From Fibrobacteria bacterium (GTDB taxonomy: Bacteria > Fibrobacterota > Fibrobacteria > UBA11236 > JADFYW01), in NCBI GenBank assembly GCA_050294405.1, contig JBNKOC010000012.1, positions 128,001 to 192,000 on the forward strand: 64,000 nt of DNA, in the 5' to 3' direction. The notes under the pieces were generated by a model, which saw only the letters and a list, made by a program, of their open reading frames with translations, was not told the DNA's origin and searched no databases. Below, piece after piece: positions 1 to 10,152 of the stretch (within the stretch, counting starts at the first letter, position 1; each line of letters opens with the position of its first letter). The position numbers were made by a program, and so were the translations under genes.

Positions 1-270
1 CAAACTGGCAGCTAAACCATAAAATCCATAATAGGCGGCGTGTTTTAAGGAGTCATTATTACTCTTGCTTCCAAGTCCATATGTATAGCAAAGGGCGATA
101 GGGCTTACAACCTGCATATAATAAATACCTGTGGAAAGCCAGTCTAAATGGGGGTGGCCGGGATCGTTGATATTTAAAAAAAGACGTTCATCCGTATTTT
201 CGCTATGGCTTAGGGCTACAAGGCCCAGTACTAAAGTAAAACTTAAAATTCTAAAAGGGCCCAAATTCAT
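1..270 (-). CDS. Partial membrane protein, probably PAP2-family phosphatase (runs off window start)
   Basis: Not in ORF track. Manual translation from ATG 270 is open to base 1: MNLGPFRILSFTLVLGLVALSHSENTDERLFLNINDPGHPHLDWLSTG...; the D-x2-LF-x2-IN...LD pattern is typical of PAP2 N-termini; catalytic motifs lie outside the window. Confidence 0.5.
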   Translation of the reverse strand, partial: MNLGPFRILSFTLVLGLVALSHSENTDERLFLNINDPGHPHLDWLSTGIYYMQVVSPIALCYTYGLGSKSNNDSLKHAAYYGFYGLAASL

Positions 271-360
271 TTGCCTAATTGCATTCTTTTCTGGGGTTAT
301 TATTGAACAAAAGCATGGAAATGGTTAATATACCATTATTCATCAACCTCTGAGTGATTT

Positions 361-642
361 ATGGAAATTTATGTCGCAAACATCGGGTATACAGTATCTA
401 AAGAAGATTTGGAAAAATTATTTGGTAAATTTGGAGAAGTTTCCAAAGTTCGATTGGTTGAAGAAGACGGTTACAATAAGGGCTGGGGTTTTGTTACCAT
501 GGAAGATGAAGAGGCCGCTCAGAGAGCCATTAAAGCTTTAAACTTGAAAAGCTTTAAGGGCAAAAATTTAAAAGTGGCCAAGTATAGGCCCAAATCCAAA
601 GATCCCAATCGTCCTCAATTTGGCCAGTGGATTCCAAAATAA
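361..642 (+). CDS. RRM (RNP-1) RNA-binding protein
   Basis: RNP2 IYVANI and RNP1 KGWGFVTM motifs, single domain of 93 aa. Confidence 0.92.
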   Translation: MEIYVANIGYTVSKEDLEKLFGKFGEVSKVRLVEEDGYNKGWGFVTMEDEEAAQRAIKALNLKSFKGKNLKVAKYRPKSKDPNRPQFGQWIPK

Positions 643-686
643 GGCAACAAAGCCCTAAGCCGAAGAAGGGAATTTTTGCCAACCCT

Positions 687-1490
687 TTATAGTTTTGCGC
701 CGCATTTTTTGCAATAGAAGGCATCTATTTCATGGCCTTCATAGCTGCAACTTGGACAGGCCTGAGTTGAAATAAAATCTTGTTTGCTCTGGCTGAGCTC
801 TGCAGACACAATCCCTGTGGGAACAGCTAAAATTCCAAATCCCATTACCATTACTATTGATGATAAAAATTGCCCCAGCACAGTTTGAGGGGTGACATCC
901 CCATAACCCACAGTGGTGAGAGTGACTATGGCCCAGTATATGCCTTTTGGGATAGAAGTGAAACCGTTTTTTTCACCCTCTACCAGATACATCAGGCTTC
1001 CGATTATAATAACCAAAGTGAGAACACCAATTAAAAACACAGTGATTTTTGGACTGGCTGCTTTCAAGGCCCTGGTTAAAATTTGACCTGCTTTTAAGTA
1101 ACGCCCCAGCTTAAATATTCTGAATATTCTAACTAAACGAATGGCGCGTATTATCAACAGGTAATGGAAATCTTGCAGAAACAGGCTTAGGTATGTTGGC
1201 AGCAAACTCAGCAAATCTACAATTCCATAGAAACTGAAAATGTATTTGCTTGGGCGCTCAATGGAAATAATCCGCAGGCCGTATTCTAGGGTAAACAAAA
1301 TAGTGATTACCCATTCTAAAATACGCAGTTCCCTGCCAAAGGCCAGGTTAAAACTCTTTACGCTTTCTAACATCACCGCAAGGATACTAATTCCAATTGC
1401 CCCCAAAAGGGCCACATCAAAGGCTTTTCCCATAGGGGTGTCTGCCTCATAGATAACGGTATGTAGAGTTTGTCGCCACTTTGATTTCAT
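687..1490 (-). CDS. Voltage-gated K+ channel / ion transporter with C-terminal Zn ribbon
   Basis: TTVGYGD selectivity filter, S4 RAIRLVRIFRIFK, 6 TM segments, CPSC...CKKC tail. Confidence 0.93.
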   Translation of the reverse strand: MKSKWRQTLHTVIYEADTPMGKAFDVALLGAIGISILAVMLESVKSFNLAFGRELRILEWVITILFTLEYGLRIISIERPSKYIFSFYGIVDLLSLLPTYLSLFLQDFHYLLIIRAIRLVRIFRIFKLGRYLKAGQILTRALKAASPKITVFLIGVLTLVIIIGSLMYLVEGEKNGFTSIPKGIYWAIVTLTTVGYGDVTPQTVLGQFLSSIVMVMGFGILAVPTGIVSAELSQSKQDFISTQACPSCSYEGHEIDAFYCKKCGAKL

Positions 1491-1577
1491 GGAGATAAAT
1501 TAAATAAATAACGGCTGCCTGTTACGCAATTCGCATTTCAGATGCATTTTTTTTAAAATGATCCTATAATCAAAATT

Positions 1578-2741
1578 ATGCTTCGTTTGGCAGTTATAGG
1601 GGATTTGCATTACGAACCAAAAGACAGCTTGTCTTTTGATAGCTATTTCGAGCAAATAAGAAAACAAAAGCCCCATGTTGTGTGTCAATTAGGTGATATT
1701 GGGGGGTACAGTTATTCCGGTTCCTTCCAATCTTTTGTGGACGGAAAAAGTTTCTTGTCTCGCTTTGAAGTGCCCTATTATACCCTTATGGGAAATCATG
1801 ATTTAGAAGGGGAAGAATTTAGCACCGACGAAAAATCCATTGAAGCCTGGTGCCAGGTATTTGATTACCTTTTGCCCTATCAGCAAGTTGAAATGGAAGG
1901 CTACTTGTTGGTGTTTTTATCTTCCACAGCTTATCGAAGCAATCCAAACAGTTGCCATGAAGTATATGTGGACGATATGCAATTTGAATGGCTACAAAAT
2001 GTTTTGAAAAATAATACGGATAAAAAAATATTGGTATTCTCCCACTGTCCCATATTTGCCTCTCAATTAAAAATACTGCAAAATTTGCATTTGAGAGTTC
2101 CCAATGCCTATGTTAACCATAGCCAGTCGCCCGAAAAATTTATCGAGCTGGTTCATCAATATGATAACATTAAGCTTTGGTTTTCCGGGCACAACCATTT
2201 GGGCCAAAACTACTCAAACTCCATTTCCAAGGTAAACCAATGCCATTTTGTGCACACAGCCGTAATGGGCAATATTACTCGGGATGGATTCAAACAAAGC
2301 CGCATTGTGGATTTAAATAAAGATAGTATTGCAATACATAGCCTGGATCATTACTCGGGAAATATGTTGCTGGATTACGAAGTAAATCTGGAGACAGGTA
2401 AAGAAAAACGTCATTTAGTCAAATTTGAAAAAGACAAAGAAAAATTTTACTCCCCCCCTTCATTTGATGGTTCCCACGAAAAAATAAAATTCGGCAAAAG
2501 TGTTTTTATCTTTTACCGGGATATGTTAGTGGAATTCGACGCCAAATGGAAAACGGCTCGCGGAGTCGTTGCGGATAACATGGCCGGAGCTAAATTGGAA
2601 GTTTTAGAGAATAGCCTTATTTTAATCACCAAAGATGGGTTTTCCAAAATCTTAAAGGCGGATAAAAATGGGTTTTACAGCAAGGTATTTTTTAGGAACC
2701 CCTATTTGAAGAGCAGCCCAAAAAAGAAAACGGCTTCCTGA
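1578..2741 (+). CDS. Calcineurin-like metallophosphoesterase
   Basis: GDLH, GDIG, GNHD, SH and GHNH motifs. Confidence 0.88.
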   Translation: MLRLAVIGDLHYEPKDSLSFDSYFEQIRKQKPHVVCQLGDIGGYSYSGSFQSFVDGKSFLSRFEVPYYTLMGNHDLEGEEFSTDEKSIEAWCQVFDYLLPYQQVEMEGYLLVFLSSTAYRSNPNSCHEVYVDDMQFEWLQNVLKNNTDKKILVFSHCPIFASQLKILQNLHLRVPNAYVNHSQSPEKFIELVHQYDNIKLWFSGHNHLGQNYSNSISKVNQCHFVHTAVMGNITRDGFKQSRIVDLNKDSIAIHSLDHYSGNMLLDYEVNLETGKEKRHLVKFEKDKEKFYSPPSFDGSHEKIKFGKSVFIFYRDMLVEFDAKWKTARGVVADNMAGAKLEVLENSLILITKDGFSKILKADKNGFYSKVFFRNPYLKSSPKKKTAS

Positions 2742-2747
2742 ATATTC

Positions 2748-3440
2748 TTACTGTTTGTTTATATACTTCAAGCCTTCCCTTTTGGTCAGGGCGGGTAATG
2801 TTTGGGATTTGATAAATTGAACAACGGTTTTTGCATTTGTTTTGGAATATTCCCGCAAAGCCCAGCCCATAGCTTTTTGAATAAAAAACTCTTTAGATTC
2901 CCTCTCCTGCAAGATAAAGTTTTTTAAAATCTCCCAATCTGTTGTTTGTTTGTATTTTAGCTGGAATAAAATGGCAGAACGGCGAATCCACATGTTATTA
3001 TCTGTTATCCAATTATTAAGGGACTGTTTTAGCTCCTGATTTTTTGCTAAGTGCCCCAGAATATAGCTGCTTAAAAAATCCACCGTATCCCACCAGGATT
3101 TAGAGCGAATTAATTTTTTGAGCTGGGGTAAAAAATAGGGCGTTAGTAAAGATTTGTGAGAAATTAATAAATCCACTGCGCATAATTGGAATTCTCTTTC
3201 GGGAAGCTTGTAGAAGTCGTTAGACATTTTGATAAGGCTTTTTTCAGAGGGAAAGGCAATAACAGCAAAATGTTTTTTTAACAATTGTCTTCTTTCGTCG
3301 GCGTTTATTCCAAAAAAGGAAAATTTGTTTTTTAAATAGGCCTCCATTTGCGAGGCCTTGTGTTTGTTGCTGTGCTTTTTAAAATCTGCCTGAAGTCTTT
3401 CAAATGCCTTAACATATTGCCCGGCAAAATCCAAAGCCAT
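2748..3440 (-). CDS. AlkD-family DNA alkylation repair protein
   Basis: MEAYLKNKFSFFGI, SWWDTVD, WIRRSAIL and EFFIQKAMGWALREYSK motifs; start placed at the second Met (3440), directly after the upstream stop. Confidence 0.88.
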   Translation of the reverse strand: MALDFAGQYVKAFERLQADFKKHSNKHKASQMEAYLKNKFSFFGINADERRQLLKKHFAVIAFPSEKSLIKMSNDFYKLPEREFQLCAVDLLISHKSLLTPYFLPQLKKLIRSKSWWDTVDFLSSYILGHLAKNQELKQSLNNWITDNNMWIRRSAILFQLKYKQTTDWEILKNFILQERESKEFFIQKAMGWALREYSKTNAKTVVQFIKSQTLPALTKREGLKYINKQ

Positions 3441-3441
3441 C

Positions 3442-4368
3442 TTAATTTTCCGCAGATAAGCCAAGTTTTTTGAGCAGGGCCCTATCTTTGTCGGAGTTTT
3501 TTCCCCAGTAGGCGCTATGTAATTGGTGGGTTTTTACAGCACTGGTTGTAAGGGGTTCCCCCCCTTTAATACTTGGGTAGCTTTCGGTCCATTTGTGAAT
3601 TTCAAATGGAAAATTAGCTTCAAAATAAACAATGAGTTCTCTTTTTAATTCGGGATAGCTCAGAGTATAAGCCACCAGCTCTTTTCCCTCCGCGTTTTTT
3701 TCCTGGGATTTAGCTAGGCTTGCCTTTGCTGTATATGCCTTAAGCGGCTTGTGAACCATGCGGATGTAAGAACTAAAGGGGATTATATTACTTTCACCCA
3801 GTGGTAATTTGTTTGGGTTTAAGCGAATAGTGCTAAACAACCCATCTTCTGTAAAATTGGCGGGGAGGTTAAAATTTTTATCTCCCTCTGATTCAAAATA
3901 GGAACGCACTTCCACCTCATAATTCTTTTCTCTTAAATTAAATTGGTTGAATACATGGCCACACCACTCCGATACGCTGGTGCTGATTTTATAGGGAAGC
4001 AATTGTTTGTCCGCATTAACATTGTTAAAGCTGGAAGTCATAATGGTGTATGGATAAATCCCAGTATAAAATCTCTTATAGGCATTTAATTTTAAAATGG
4101 GCTTGGAAGTGGAATCAGGGTAATCCGCTTTCACTTGTTTTTCGGGGTTGAACTTTTCTGTCACAAATATATGAACGGCACTGCCCTTGTGGTTTTCTCC
4201 ATAACGAGCTTGACTTAAGTCAAAACGAGTGATTTCGGCTCCCTTGTGGTACCAGTACTTTTTAAAGTTTTCAGGTTCAGGCAATTTGAAAATTATAGTT
4301 TGCTCTTTTCCCAGACAGCTCAAAAGCGAAAGCTGCATTATCAACAGACATAGAAACTGAAATTTCAT
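3442..4368 (-). CDS. Conserved hypothetical lipoprotein
   Basis: Lipobox LLSC; FKKYWY..AEITRFDLSQARYGE and SEWCGH motifs of an uncharacterised family I recall from Bacteroidota. Confidence 0.65.
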   Translation of the reverse strand: MKFQFLCLLIMQLSLLSCLGKEQTIIFKLPEPENFKKYWYHKGAEITRFDLSQARYGENHKGSAVHIFVTEKFNPEKQVKADYPDSTSKPILKLNAYKRFYTGIYPYTIMTSSFNNVNADKQLLPYKISTSVSEWCGHVFNQFNLREKNYEVEVRSYFESEGDKNFNLPANFTEDGLFSTIRLNPNKLPLGESNIIPFSSYIRMVHKPLKAYTAKASLAKSQEKNAEGKELVAYTLSYPELKRELIVYFEANFPFEIHKWTESYPSIKGGEPLTTSAVKTHQLHSAYWGKNSDKDRALLKKLGLSAEN

Positions 4369-4581
4369 GGTTATGTTCTCCTCTTCGTCTATTGGTCTTT
4401 GTTAATGTAAAAAAGTTACATTTATGTGGTAAAAGTATTGAGGTTTGGTTGCCTGAAATTTTGTCAGAAAAATAATCCAAAGAAAAATTGAAAGATACCT
4501 CAATCTTGTATATCTTAGTCAAGATAGCGGGCAGTAGTGGGATTGTAATAAGCCATAAAGATTTGGCTTAATGGAGATTTT

Positions 4582-5583
4582 TTGGGTTCCTGGTTGTTGA
4601 ATATAGCGAGCTTTGCTGCTTGGGCCGTTTTATTGGCTGCGCTTTGGCAAAGTTGTGAAGAAAGTAACATCACCCAGCCTTCCATGGATAAATTACCGGC
4701 TTCCATTTCCACTTCCGGTGTATTAAAAGATGCAGGCTGGACCGATAGCTCATATTCTAAGCTGGGAATTGTAAAACATGGCGATAATTACGACAAAATT
4801 TTGCGGAACCACTCTTACCTCCACGCCTTTCGCCCTTCGCCTGTTACCAAAGATTCCTTAGAAACAGTCCTTTCCCAGGTAATCACTCAGGTGGTTTCCG
4901 GGGCGGGAGAATTGCAAATCCCCTCTATTAAAACCACAGCATATTCCTTTTCCAAAGGAAGGATGGGTGATGTGCTTTGGGAAATGGAAGCGCCTGGAAT
5001 CAACGGGGAAATTTTTAATGGCTTTTATCGCGTTGAACGCAAGGAATGTTGTGGCCTCGGAAAGCTTTATGCCCTTTATAATCTTACCAGCGGTCAAAAA
5101 ATTATCAGCTATTCCAACAGCTATTTAAAATTAGAAGCTGTGGATGGAAGCGCAAAAAGGCTTTTGGGCCTTAAATCCGGCGCCAGCAGCTATCTTGAAA
5201 TTTATGAAGAAGATCCATTATACATAGGGACTTTAAGTTACTCCAGTATGGAAGGAGAATTGGAAATAGCTGTTTTGATGGCCAAAGACAGCCTTTCAAA
5301 ATCCAAATTGGAGAACTCCCTCAGTCTTAACTTTTTGGCTCCATTAAGTGCAAACATATCCCAGGATGTTATTTTTGGAGAAAGGAGCTTTAGGGTTCCT
5401 CCTCAGCCAGCGGAAGGTTCGAATTACCCCCTTTGTACAGTTTCCTTAAACCTGGAGCCGGAAGAAAAAAGTCTATCCATCGAAGTTTATTCCGACAGTC
5501 TGGGCCTGCAAAACTTAAGGGAAAATGGGTTGTCCGTGGATATTATTAACCCCATGCTTCCTGTGTCCACAAAAGCGGAATAG
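4582..5583 (+). CDS. Hypothetical exported or lipoprotein
   Basis: 333-aa ORF, hydrophobic N-terminus ending in WQSC; no recognisable motif. Confidence 0.6.
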   Translation: MGSWLLNIASFAAWAVLLAALWQSCEESNITQPSMDKLPASISTSGVLKDAGWTDSSYSKLGIVKHGDNYDKILRNHSYLHAFRPSPVTKDSLETVLSQVITQVVSGAGELQIPSIKTTAYSFSKGRMGDVLWEMEAPGINGEIFNGFYRVERKECCGLGKLYALYNLTSGQKIISYSNSYLKLEAVDGSAKRLLGLKSGASSYLEIYEEDPLYIGTLSYSSMEGELEIAVLMAKDSLSKSKLENSLSLNFLAPLSANISQDVIFGERSFRVPPQPAEGSNYPLCTVSLNLEPEEKSLSIEVYSDSLGLQNLRENGLSVDIINPMLPVSTKAE

Positions 5584-5748
5584 CCTTTAAACCGCAAAAA
5601 ACCCAATTAATTAAAAATATCCCAATTTTTAAAAAACGCCTGATACTTCGCAAAAACATGGGGTTTATTTTGTACATCCCTGAATATTGAAATTTATTTG
5701 AATATAACTGGACAAGGCAGCCTATTTATAGGAAAATTTTCCCTAATT

Positions 5749-5904
5749 ATGGGTCATTCAGCAAAATTAGATTGGGTCAAAAAAATGGTGTTGGTCGTGA
5801 ATGCTTTTTTTCTGGCTTTTATTTTGTACCAGGTTGTATTGGGATCGGAGCCGCAAGAAACCCCTGACCCCAATCTGCATTCTCAAAGTCTTTTAAATAA
5901 CTAA
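5749..5904 (+). CDS. Small hypothetical membrane protein
   Basis: One TM helix (MVLVVNAFFLAFILYQVVL); ATG 5749 preferred over TTG 5698. Confidence 0.4.
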   Translation: MGHSAKLDWVKKMVLVVNAFFLAFILYQVVLGSEPQETPDPNLHSQSLLNN

Positions 5905-5929
5905 AAGCCTGTATAAAAACCAACTGGTG

Positions 5930-7408
5930 TTAGTCCAGTTTTAATCCAACGTATAGATCACCACCGTTGCGAATAACATGGAGCAGGCAAACCTCTCCTT
6001 TTACGCTATTTAAAATTTCATATACCTCTTCTGCGGATTTGACAGCCTGCCTATTGGCTTCAACAATAACATCGCCCTTTTTTAACCCCGAATTGTCGGC
6101 TAAAGAATTTGGTTCCACATCCATAACTAAAGCACCGTTTGCAGAATTTATGTCCAGGCGCTTGGCGCTGTGGTAATCCAAGTCTCTAAGGCTAAGCCCG
6201 AAATCATCTTCTGGTTCTTTAGTCGGCTTTTTTGCTTCCTTTTCATCTTCCCTTTCGCCAATGTTTATGTCAACCTTTTTGATTTTTCCATTGCGAATGA
6301 TTTCAAAGGGGTAGCTTTGAGAAGGTTTTAATAGGGCAACAACATTTCGCAGCTGATTTACATCTTTAATGTCTTTTCCATCCACCTTAATAATAACATC
6401 CATATCCTGAAGGCCGGCTTCTTCGGCGGGGGAATTTTCTATAACACTGGAAATCAAGGCTCCTTTAGTGTTGTCCAGATTTAATGCCGAGGCTATGTTA
6501 TTATCCAGCGCCTGGAGATACACGCCTAAATAACCACGGGTGACAGCACCGTCGTCAAGCAAATCCTGCATAATTTTTTTAGCCATGTTAATGGGAATGG
6601 CAAAGCCTATGCCGTGACTTCCTCCGGTGCGGGAGGCTATTGCCGTATTAATTCCAATCACCTTGCCGTCCAGATTTACCAGGGCGCCACCGCTGTTGCC
6701 CGGATTAATGGAAGCATCGGTTTGCAAATAATTTTCGTAGGAATTAACGCCAACAGTTCTCCCTTTGGCGCTGATGATTCCCATGGTCACAGTGTTGGAG
6801 TATCCGAAAGGGTTTCCAATAGCCAGAACGGTTTCACCAATATCCATGTTATTAGAGTTGCCCAATTCGGCTACGGGTAAATCGGCAGGAGGGCTTTTTA
6901 TTTTTATAACAGCAACATCGGATAATTTGTCTGTGCCAATTATTTTAGCTTCAAATTGCCTGTCATCGGATAGAGTGATCATCAATTCATCGGCTTCCCC
7001 AGCTACGTGGTGATTTGTGATGATGTAACCTTCTGAATCAATAATTACTCCAGAACCCAAGCCCTGTTGTTTGTATTTTTGGGATTTTTTATCCTTAGGT
7101 GAACCGAAGAGTTCCTCAAAGGGGTTGAAAAACTGATGGTAAGGTACGTCTACTAATTTTTCAGAATGTATAGATACCACCGCGGGCATAACTTTTTTAA
7201 CTACGGAGACAACCAAATTGCTTTTTTCCCGAATATCTAATTGGGCTGCGGGGGCGGCTTCAACTTCAGGATTTTGGGATTCTTCCTGGTTGTTCTCTTT
7301 TAACTTGTTCAGGAGTTTGCTATGGTCTTCTGTTTTTCCGAATTCACAGCCAGCCATAAAAACAACAGCAAGACTTGAGATTAGATATATAGATTTGCTC
7401 CTAAACAT
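5930..7408 (-). CDS. degP: DegP/HtrA (Do family) serine protease with two PDZ domains, lipoprotein
   Basis: GLGSGVII, TNHHV, DVAV, INPGNSGG triad motifs; two PDZ domains; lipobox MAGC. Confidence 0.93.
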   Translation of the reverse strand: MFRSKSIYLISSLAVVFMAGCEFGKTEDHSKLLNKLKENNQEESQNPEVEAAPAAQLDIREKSNLVVSVVKKVMPAVVSIHSEKLVDVPYHQFFNPFEELFGSPKDKKSQKYKQQGLGSGVIIDSEGYIITNHHVAGEADELMITLSDDRQFEAKIIGTDKLSDVAVIKIKSPPADLPVAELGNSNNMDIGETVLAIGNPFGYSNTVTMGIISAKGRTVGVNSYENYLQTDASINPGNSGGALVNLDGKVIGINTAIASRTGGSHGIGFAIPINMAKKIMQDLLDDGAVTRGYLGVYLQALDNNIASALNLDNTKGALISSVIENSPAEEAGLQDMDVIIKVDGKDIKDVNQLRNVVALLKPSQSYPFEIIRNGKIKKVDINIGEREDEKEAKKPTKEPEDDFGLSLRDLDYHSAKRLDINSANGALVMDVEPNSLADNSGLKKGDVIVEANRQAVKSAEEVYEILNSVKGEVCLLHVIRNGGDLYVGLKLD

Positions 7409-7492
7409 AATTCACTCCGCGAAAGGTATACTATTAAAAATTGATACTTATCAAATTAAGAAAAAACCTTCTCAAAGAAAAAAGTTAATGGT

Positions 7493-7518
7493 AAAAAGGC
7501 GGAAAAAAATCCGCCTTT
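7493..7518 (-). terminator. Probable intrinsic terminator after hsp20
   Basis: AAAGGCGGA-N6-TCCGCCTTT hairpin followed by T residues on the minus strand. Confidence 0.7.
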
Positions 7519-7533
7519 AGCTATTTCAGAATT

Positions 7534-7920
7534 TTAGGATACGGAAATGTTTCTGGCTTTAGCCTCTGGTTTTTTGGGAATAGAAAGTTTGAGGACTCCA
7601 TTTGCGTATTTGGCTTCAATGGATGATGCGTCCAGATTGTGGGCTAATTTCAATTTTCGTTTGTATTCTCCATAGGCGATTTCATTGAAATATTCATTTT
7701 CACCATTGCTATCCACAGGCGATTTTTTAGCTACTACTGTTAACACCTGATTGGAAACGTTGACCTCGATGTTTTCTTTTTCCACACCTGGAATTTCCAA
7801 ATAAACATCCACTTTATCTTCTTTATCCACTGCCTGTGAACGGGGATAGAGAACGGATGTTTCAGTAGAACTATCTCTATAAACTTTGCTTACATTAGGG
7901 TGACCGCATGCTACGTACAT
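7534..7920 (-). CDS. Hsp20 / alpha-crystallin small heat-shock protein
   Basis: EIPGVEKENIEV, EIAYGEYKR and AKYANGVLKLSIPK motifs; AAGGAG SD. Confidence 0.92.
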   Translation of the reverse strand: MYVACGHPNVSKVYRDSSTETSVLYPRSQAVDKEDKVDVYLEIPGVEKENIEVNVSNQVLTVVAKKSPVDSNGENEYFNEIAYGEYKRKLKLAHNLDASSIEAKYANGVLKLSIPKKPEAKARNISVS

Positions 7921-7961
7921 TTTTTGCTCCTTTTATTGGTTTGTTTTGAAAAGTCAAAAAC

Positions 7962-7976
7962 GCAAAGCCTGTGCCA
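7962..7976 (-). promoter_or_regulatory. Sigma54 -24/-12 promoter of hsp20
   Basis: Minus strand reads TGGCACAGGCTTTGC (GG-N10-GC), about 40 nt upstream of the ATG. Confidence 0.72.
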
Positions 7977-8145
7977 TTTTTTTAGGGCGCATTTTTAAGC
8001 GTTTTTCCTTATTACCGGCTCAAAAATGGGGAATGTTTCATAAATAGTTGTTTCATATCTCAAATTAGAACATATGGCAATACAAACCCTAAGGTATCCA
8101 ACTTAAATTTTCTATATTTTCAATCTTAAACTCGAGGGGTTCAAA

Positions 8146-8712
8146 ATGATTAATAAAGCTTTTTTTATGGCTGCTTTTCTTCTAAGCCTGTCTCCAATTT
8201 TTGCGTCCGGTAACGATGCATCGGAAGCTGGGGTGGCGACCAGTCCACTTAGCATATATGAGGGCGGAATTAGCGCAGGAGCGTTTTATGCTTTGAATGA
8301 CGAGCTTCGAGACCAATCGGAACAGTTTTTGAAAATCAGTTTTTCTAACTATCTAAACGTGCGCAATAATATGGCTGTTTTTATTGATGCGGATTGGTTT
8401 ATTCCTGAATATAATTTTGGAGCGAAATTGGGTTTTGATTTTTTAGTAGGTTCCGAAGACTTCAAAGCCCTTATTGGAGCCGGAGTAGGGGCTAACCATT
8501 TTGATAAAGGCGAGCCTTTTGGTAAAGAAGTGGGGGCTTCTATCACAGCACATGCCGGCTTTAAAATGGGTCTTACTGAAGGCATGAAAATTAGAGTTAG
8601 AGTTCCATACCATTTGGTTTTGAATTCGCCCCGAGACCAATTGGTAGGCTTAGATGTTTCTTTTTTGTTTGGCTCCCGATGGAGCCATGTTAAGAAGTTA
8701 AACTACCGCTAA
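8146..8712 (+). CDS. Small outer-membrane beta-barrel-like protein, copy 1
   Basis: Signal peptide, alternating amphipathic strands; paralog of 17334..17882. Confidence 0.7.
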   Translation: MINKAFFMAAFLLSLSPIFASGNDASEAGVATSPLSIYEGGISAGAFYALNDELRDQSEQFLKISFSNYLNVRNNMAVFIDADWFIPEYNFGAKLGFDFLVGSEDFKALIGAGVGANHFDKGEPFGKEVGASITAHAGFKMGLTEGMKIRVRVPYHLVLNSPRDQLVGLDVSFLFGSRWSHVKKLNYR

Positions 8713-8715
8713 TCC

Positions 8716-9261
8716 TTATTTACAAAGGACAGCGGATTTTTGCTGAAGCCAATTCGTGGCCGTTTTTTTTACGTCAGCAATGGCAGCCTCTTCATTGCTG
8801 AAGTAATATTTTCGATTAGAACGACCGGCAAACAGATCTCCATTTTCAGACTTTGATTTGAAAATTTGTGATTGCTGAATTCGCCTTTCTTTTTCTTCCA
8901 TAACAGGAGGAGTGCTTTCCACAGAGTTAGTAGTGACCACGATTAGCTCTTTTTGATAAAGCATGTAATTGATTTCGATAGTAGCCTCGTATGTGCGAAC
9001 ATGATCCTTTTTATTGTTGTCGCCATTGATGCCTTTTAAAAATTGGGTATTGGCCTTTACATCGGCAACCAGAGAAGAAGCATCGGGCAAAGATTCGATA
9101 CACTCTTCCAGCAATTCCTTACTCACTCTGGACTTTCCATCGGCTGAAGTTTGAGCGTTAATAATGGTAACCTTTTTCTTTTCAGTTTCCCCTTGGATAC
9201 CTGGGACAATGCCAAAGCAAACCAGGCTAATAATGGCGATGGATTTTAGATTTTGACGCAT
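8716..9261 (-). CDS. Exported hypothetical protein, copy 1
   Basis: ATG 9261 with GAGGT SD; shares LLEECIE and NGD(L/I)FAGRS.RKYYFS with 17898..18434. Confidence 0.72.
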   Translation of the reverse strand: MRQNLKSIAIISLVCFGIVPGIQGETEKKKVTIINAQTSADGKSRVSKELLEECIESLPDASSLVADVKANTQFLKGINGDNNKKDHVRTYEATIEINYMLYQKELIVVTTNSVESTPPVMEEKERRIQQSQIFKSKSENGDLFAGRSNRKYYFSNEEAAIADVKKTATNWLQQKSAVLCK

Positions 9262-9489
9262 ATAAATACCTCGTTTAGAAATAAGAAAAGCGGCCATATT
9301 GCAAAGGGCCTTTTTATTCCAAGAACACCGTTAATAATGTAGTTAAAATAGCCCTTCCAGGTGGGAGTCTGCAAAAATTATTTATATTTTGCCATAGGAA
9401 GGATGAGTTTTGCTTGGAACAGGATTTAAACTTTGAATTCAAAACAATTTTAATGAAAACGTGCCCATTTTACTTAAGGAGGCTGATAA

Positions 9490-10089
9490 ATGCGCCAGGT
9501 AATGTTTAAAACTGTAACAGGAATTCTTTTGCTGGGCCTGGTTGTGGGTTGTGGTAAAAAAGTATCCAGGGTACAGTCCGATTCCACTATTGATTTATCG
9601 GGGCGATGGAATGACACGGATTCCCGTCTCGTGGCGGAAGAAATGATAAAAGACTGCCTATCCAGACCTTGGTTGAACAAGTATGCCGCCGATAAAACCA
9701 ATCCAAGAGTAATAGTTGGGAAAATATCCAATAAAAGCCACGAACATATTAGCGTGGAAACTTTTGCAAAGGATATTGAAAGGGCCCTTCTCAATTCCGG
9801 AAAAGTGGACTTTGTGGCCAGTAAAAACGAAAGAACTCAAATGCGTGAAGAAGTGGCGGATATGCAAAGTAACGCTTCTGCCGAAACAGCAAAATCCGCA
9901 GGAGAAGAGTTGGCCGCAGATCTAATGTTAATTGGAACCATTAATACAATTGTGGACCAGGAAGGTAAAAAAGCGGTTTTGTTTTATCAGGTGGATATGG
10001 AGCTGATAGAATTGGAAAGCAATTCAAAAAAATGGATTGGAGAAAAGAAAATCAAAAAGTACGTAGAACGCTCCAGCACCAAATTTTAA
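9490..10089 (+). CDS. LpoB/CsgG-like lipoprotein, copy 1
   Basis: Lipobox VVGC; DLSGRWNDTD, NKSHEHI and FYQVDMELIELE motifs of LpoB-annotated lipoproteins. Confidence 0.8.
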   Translation: MRQVMFKTVTGILLLGLVVGCGKKVSRVQSDSTIDLSGRWNDTDSRLVAEEMIKDCLSRPWLNKYAADKTNPRVIVGKISNKSHEHISVETFAKDIERALLNSGKVDFVASKNERTQMREEVADMQSNASAETAKSAGEELAADLMLIGTINTIVDQEGKKAVLFYQVDMELIELESNSKKWIGEKKIKKYVERSSTKF

Positions 10090-10152
10090 ATATTTGATAA
10101 ATGGATTAGCCTTAGGGCTTTTCCATTATCCCAATCGCAATGGATTAAAAAA

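Noticed and set aside
131..328. 65-aa plus-strand ORF
   Set aside because: Shadow of the more protein-like minus-strand partial CDS at 1..270
3442..4368. Maf / septum formation label that I recall for this family
   Set aside because: No Maf motifs; it is a lipoprotein, so it is left as hypothetical
8713..9489. Invertible (phase-variable) segment around the reversed gene
   Set aside because: No flanking inverted repeats or recombinase; only 3 nt separate the convergent stop codons
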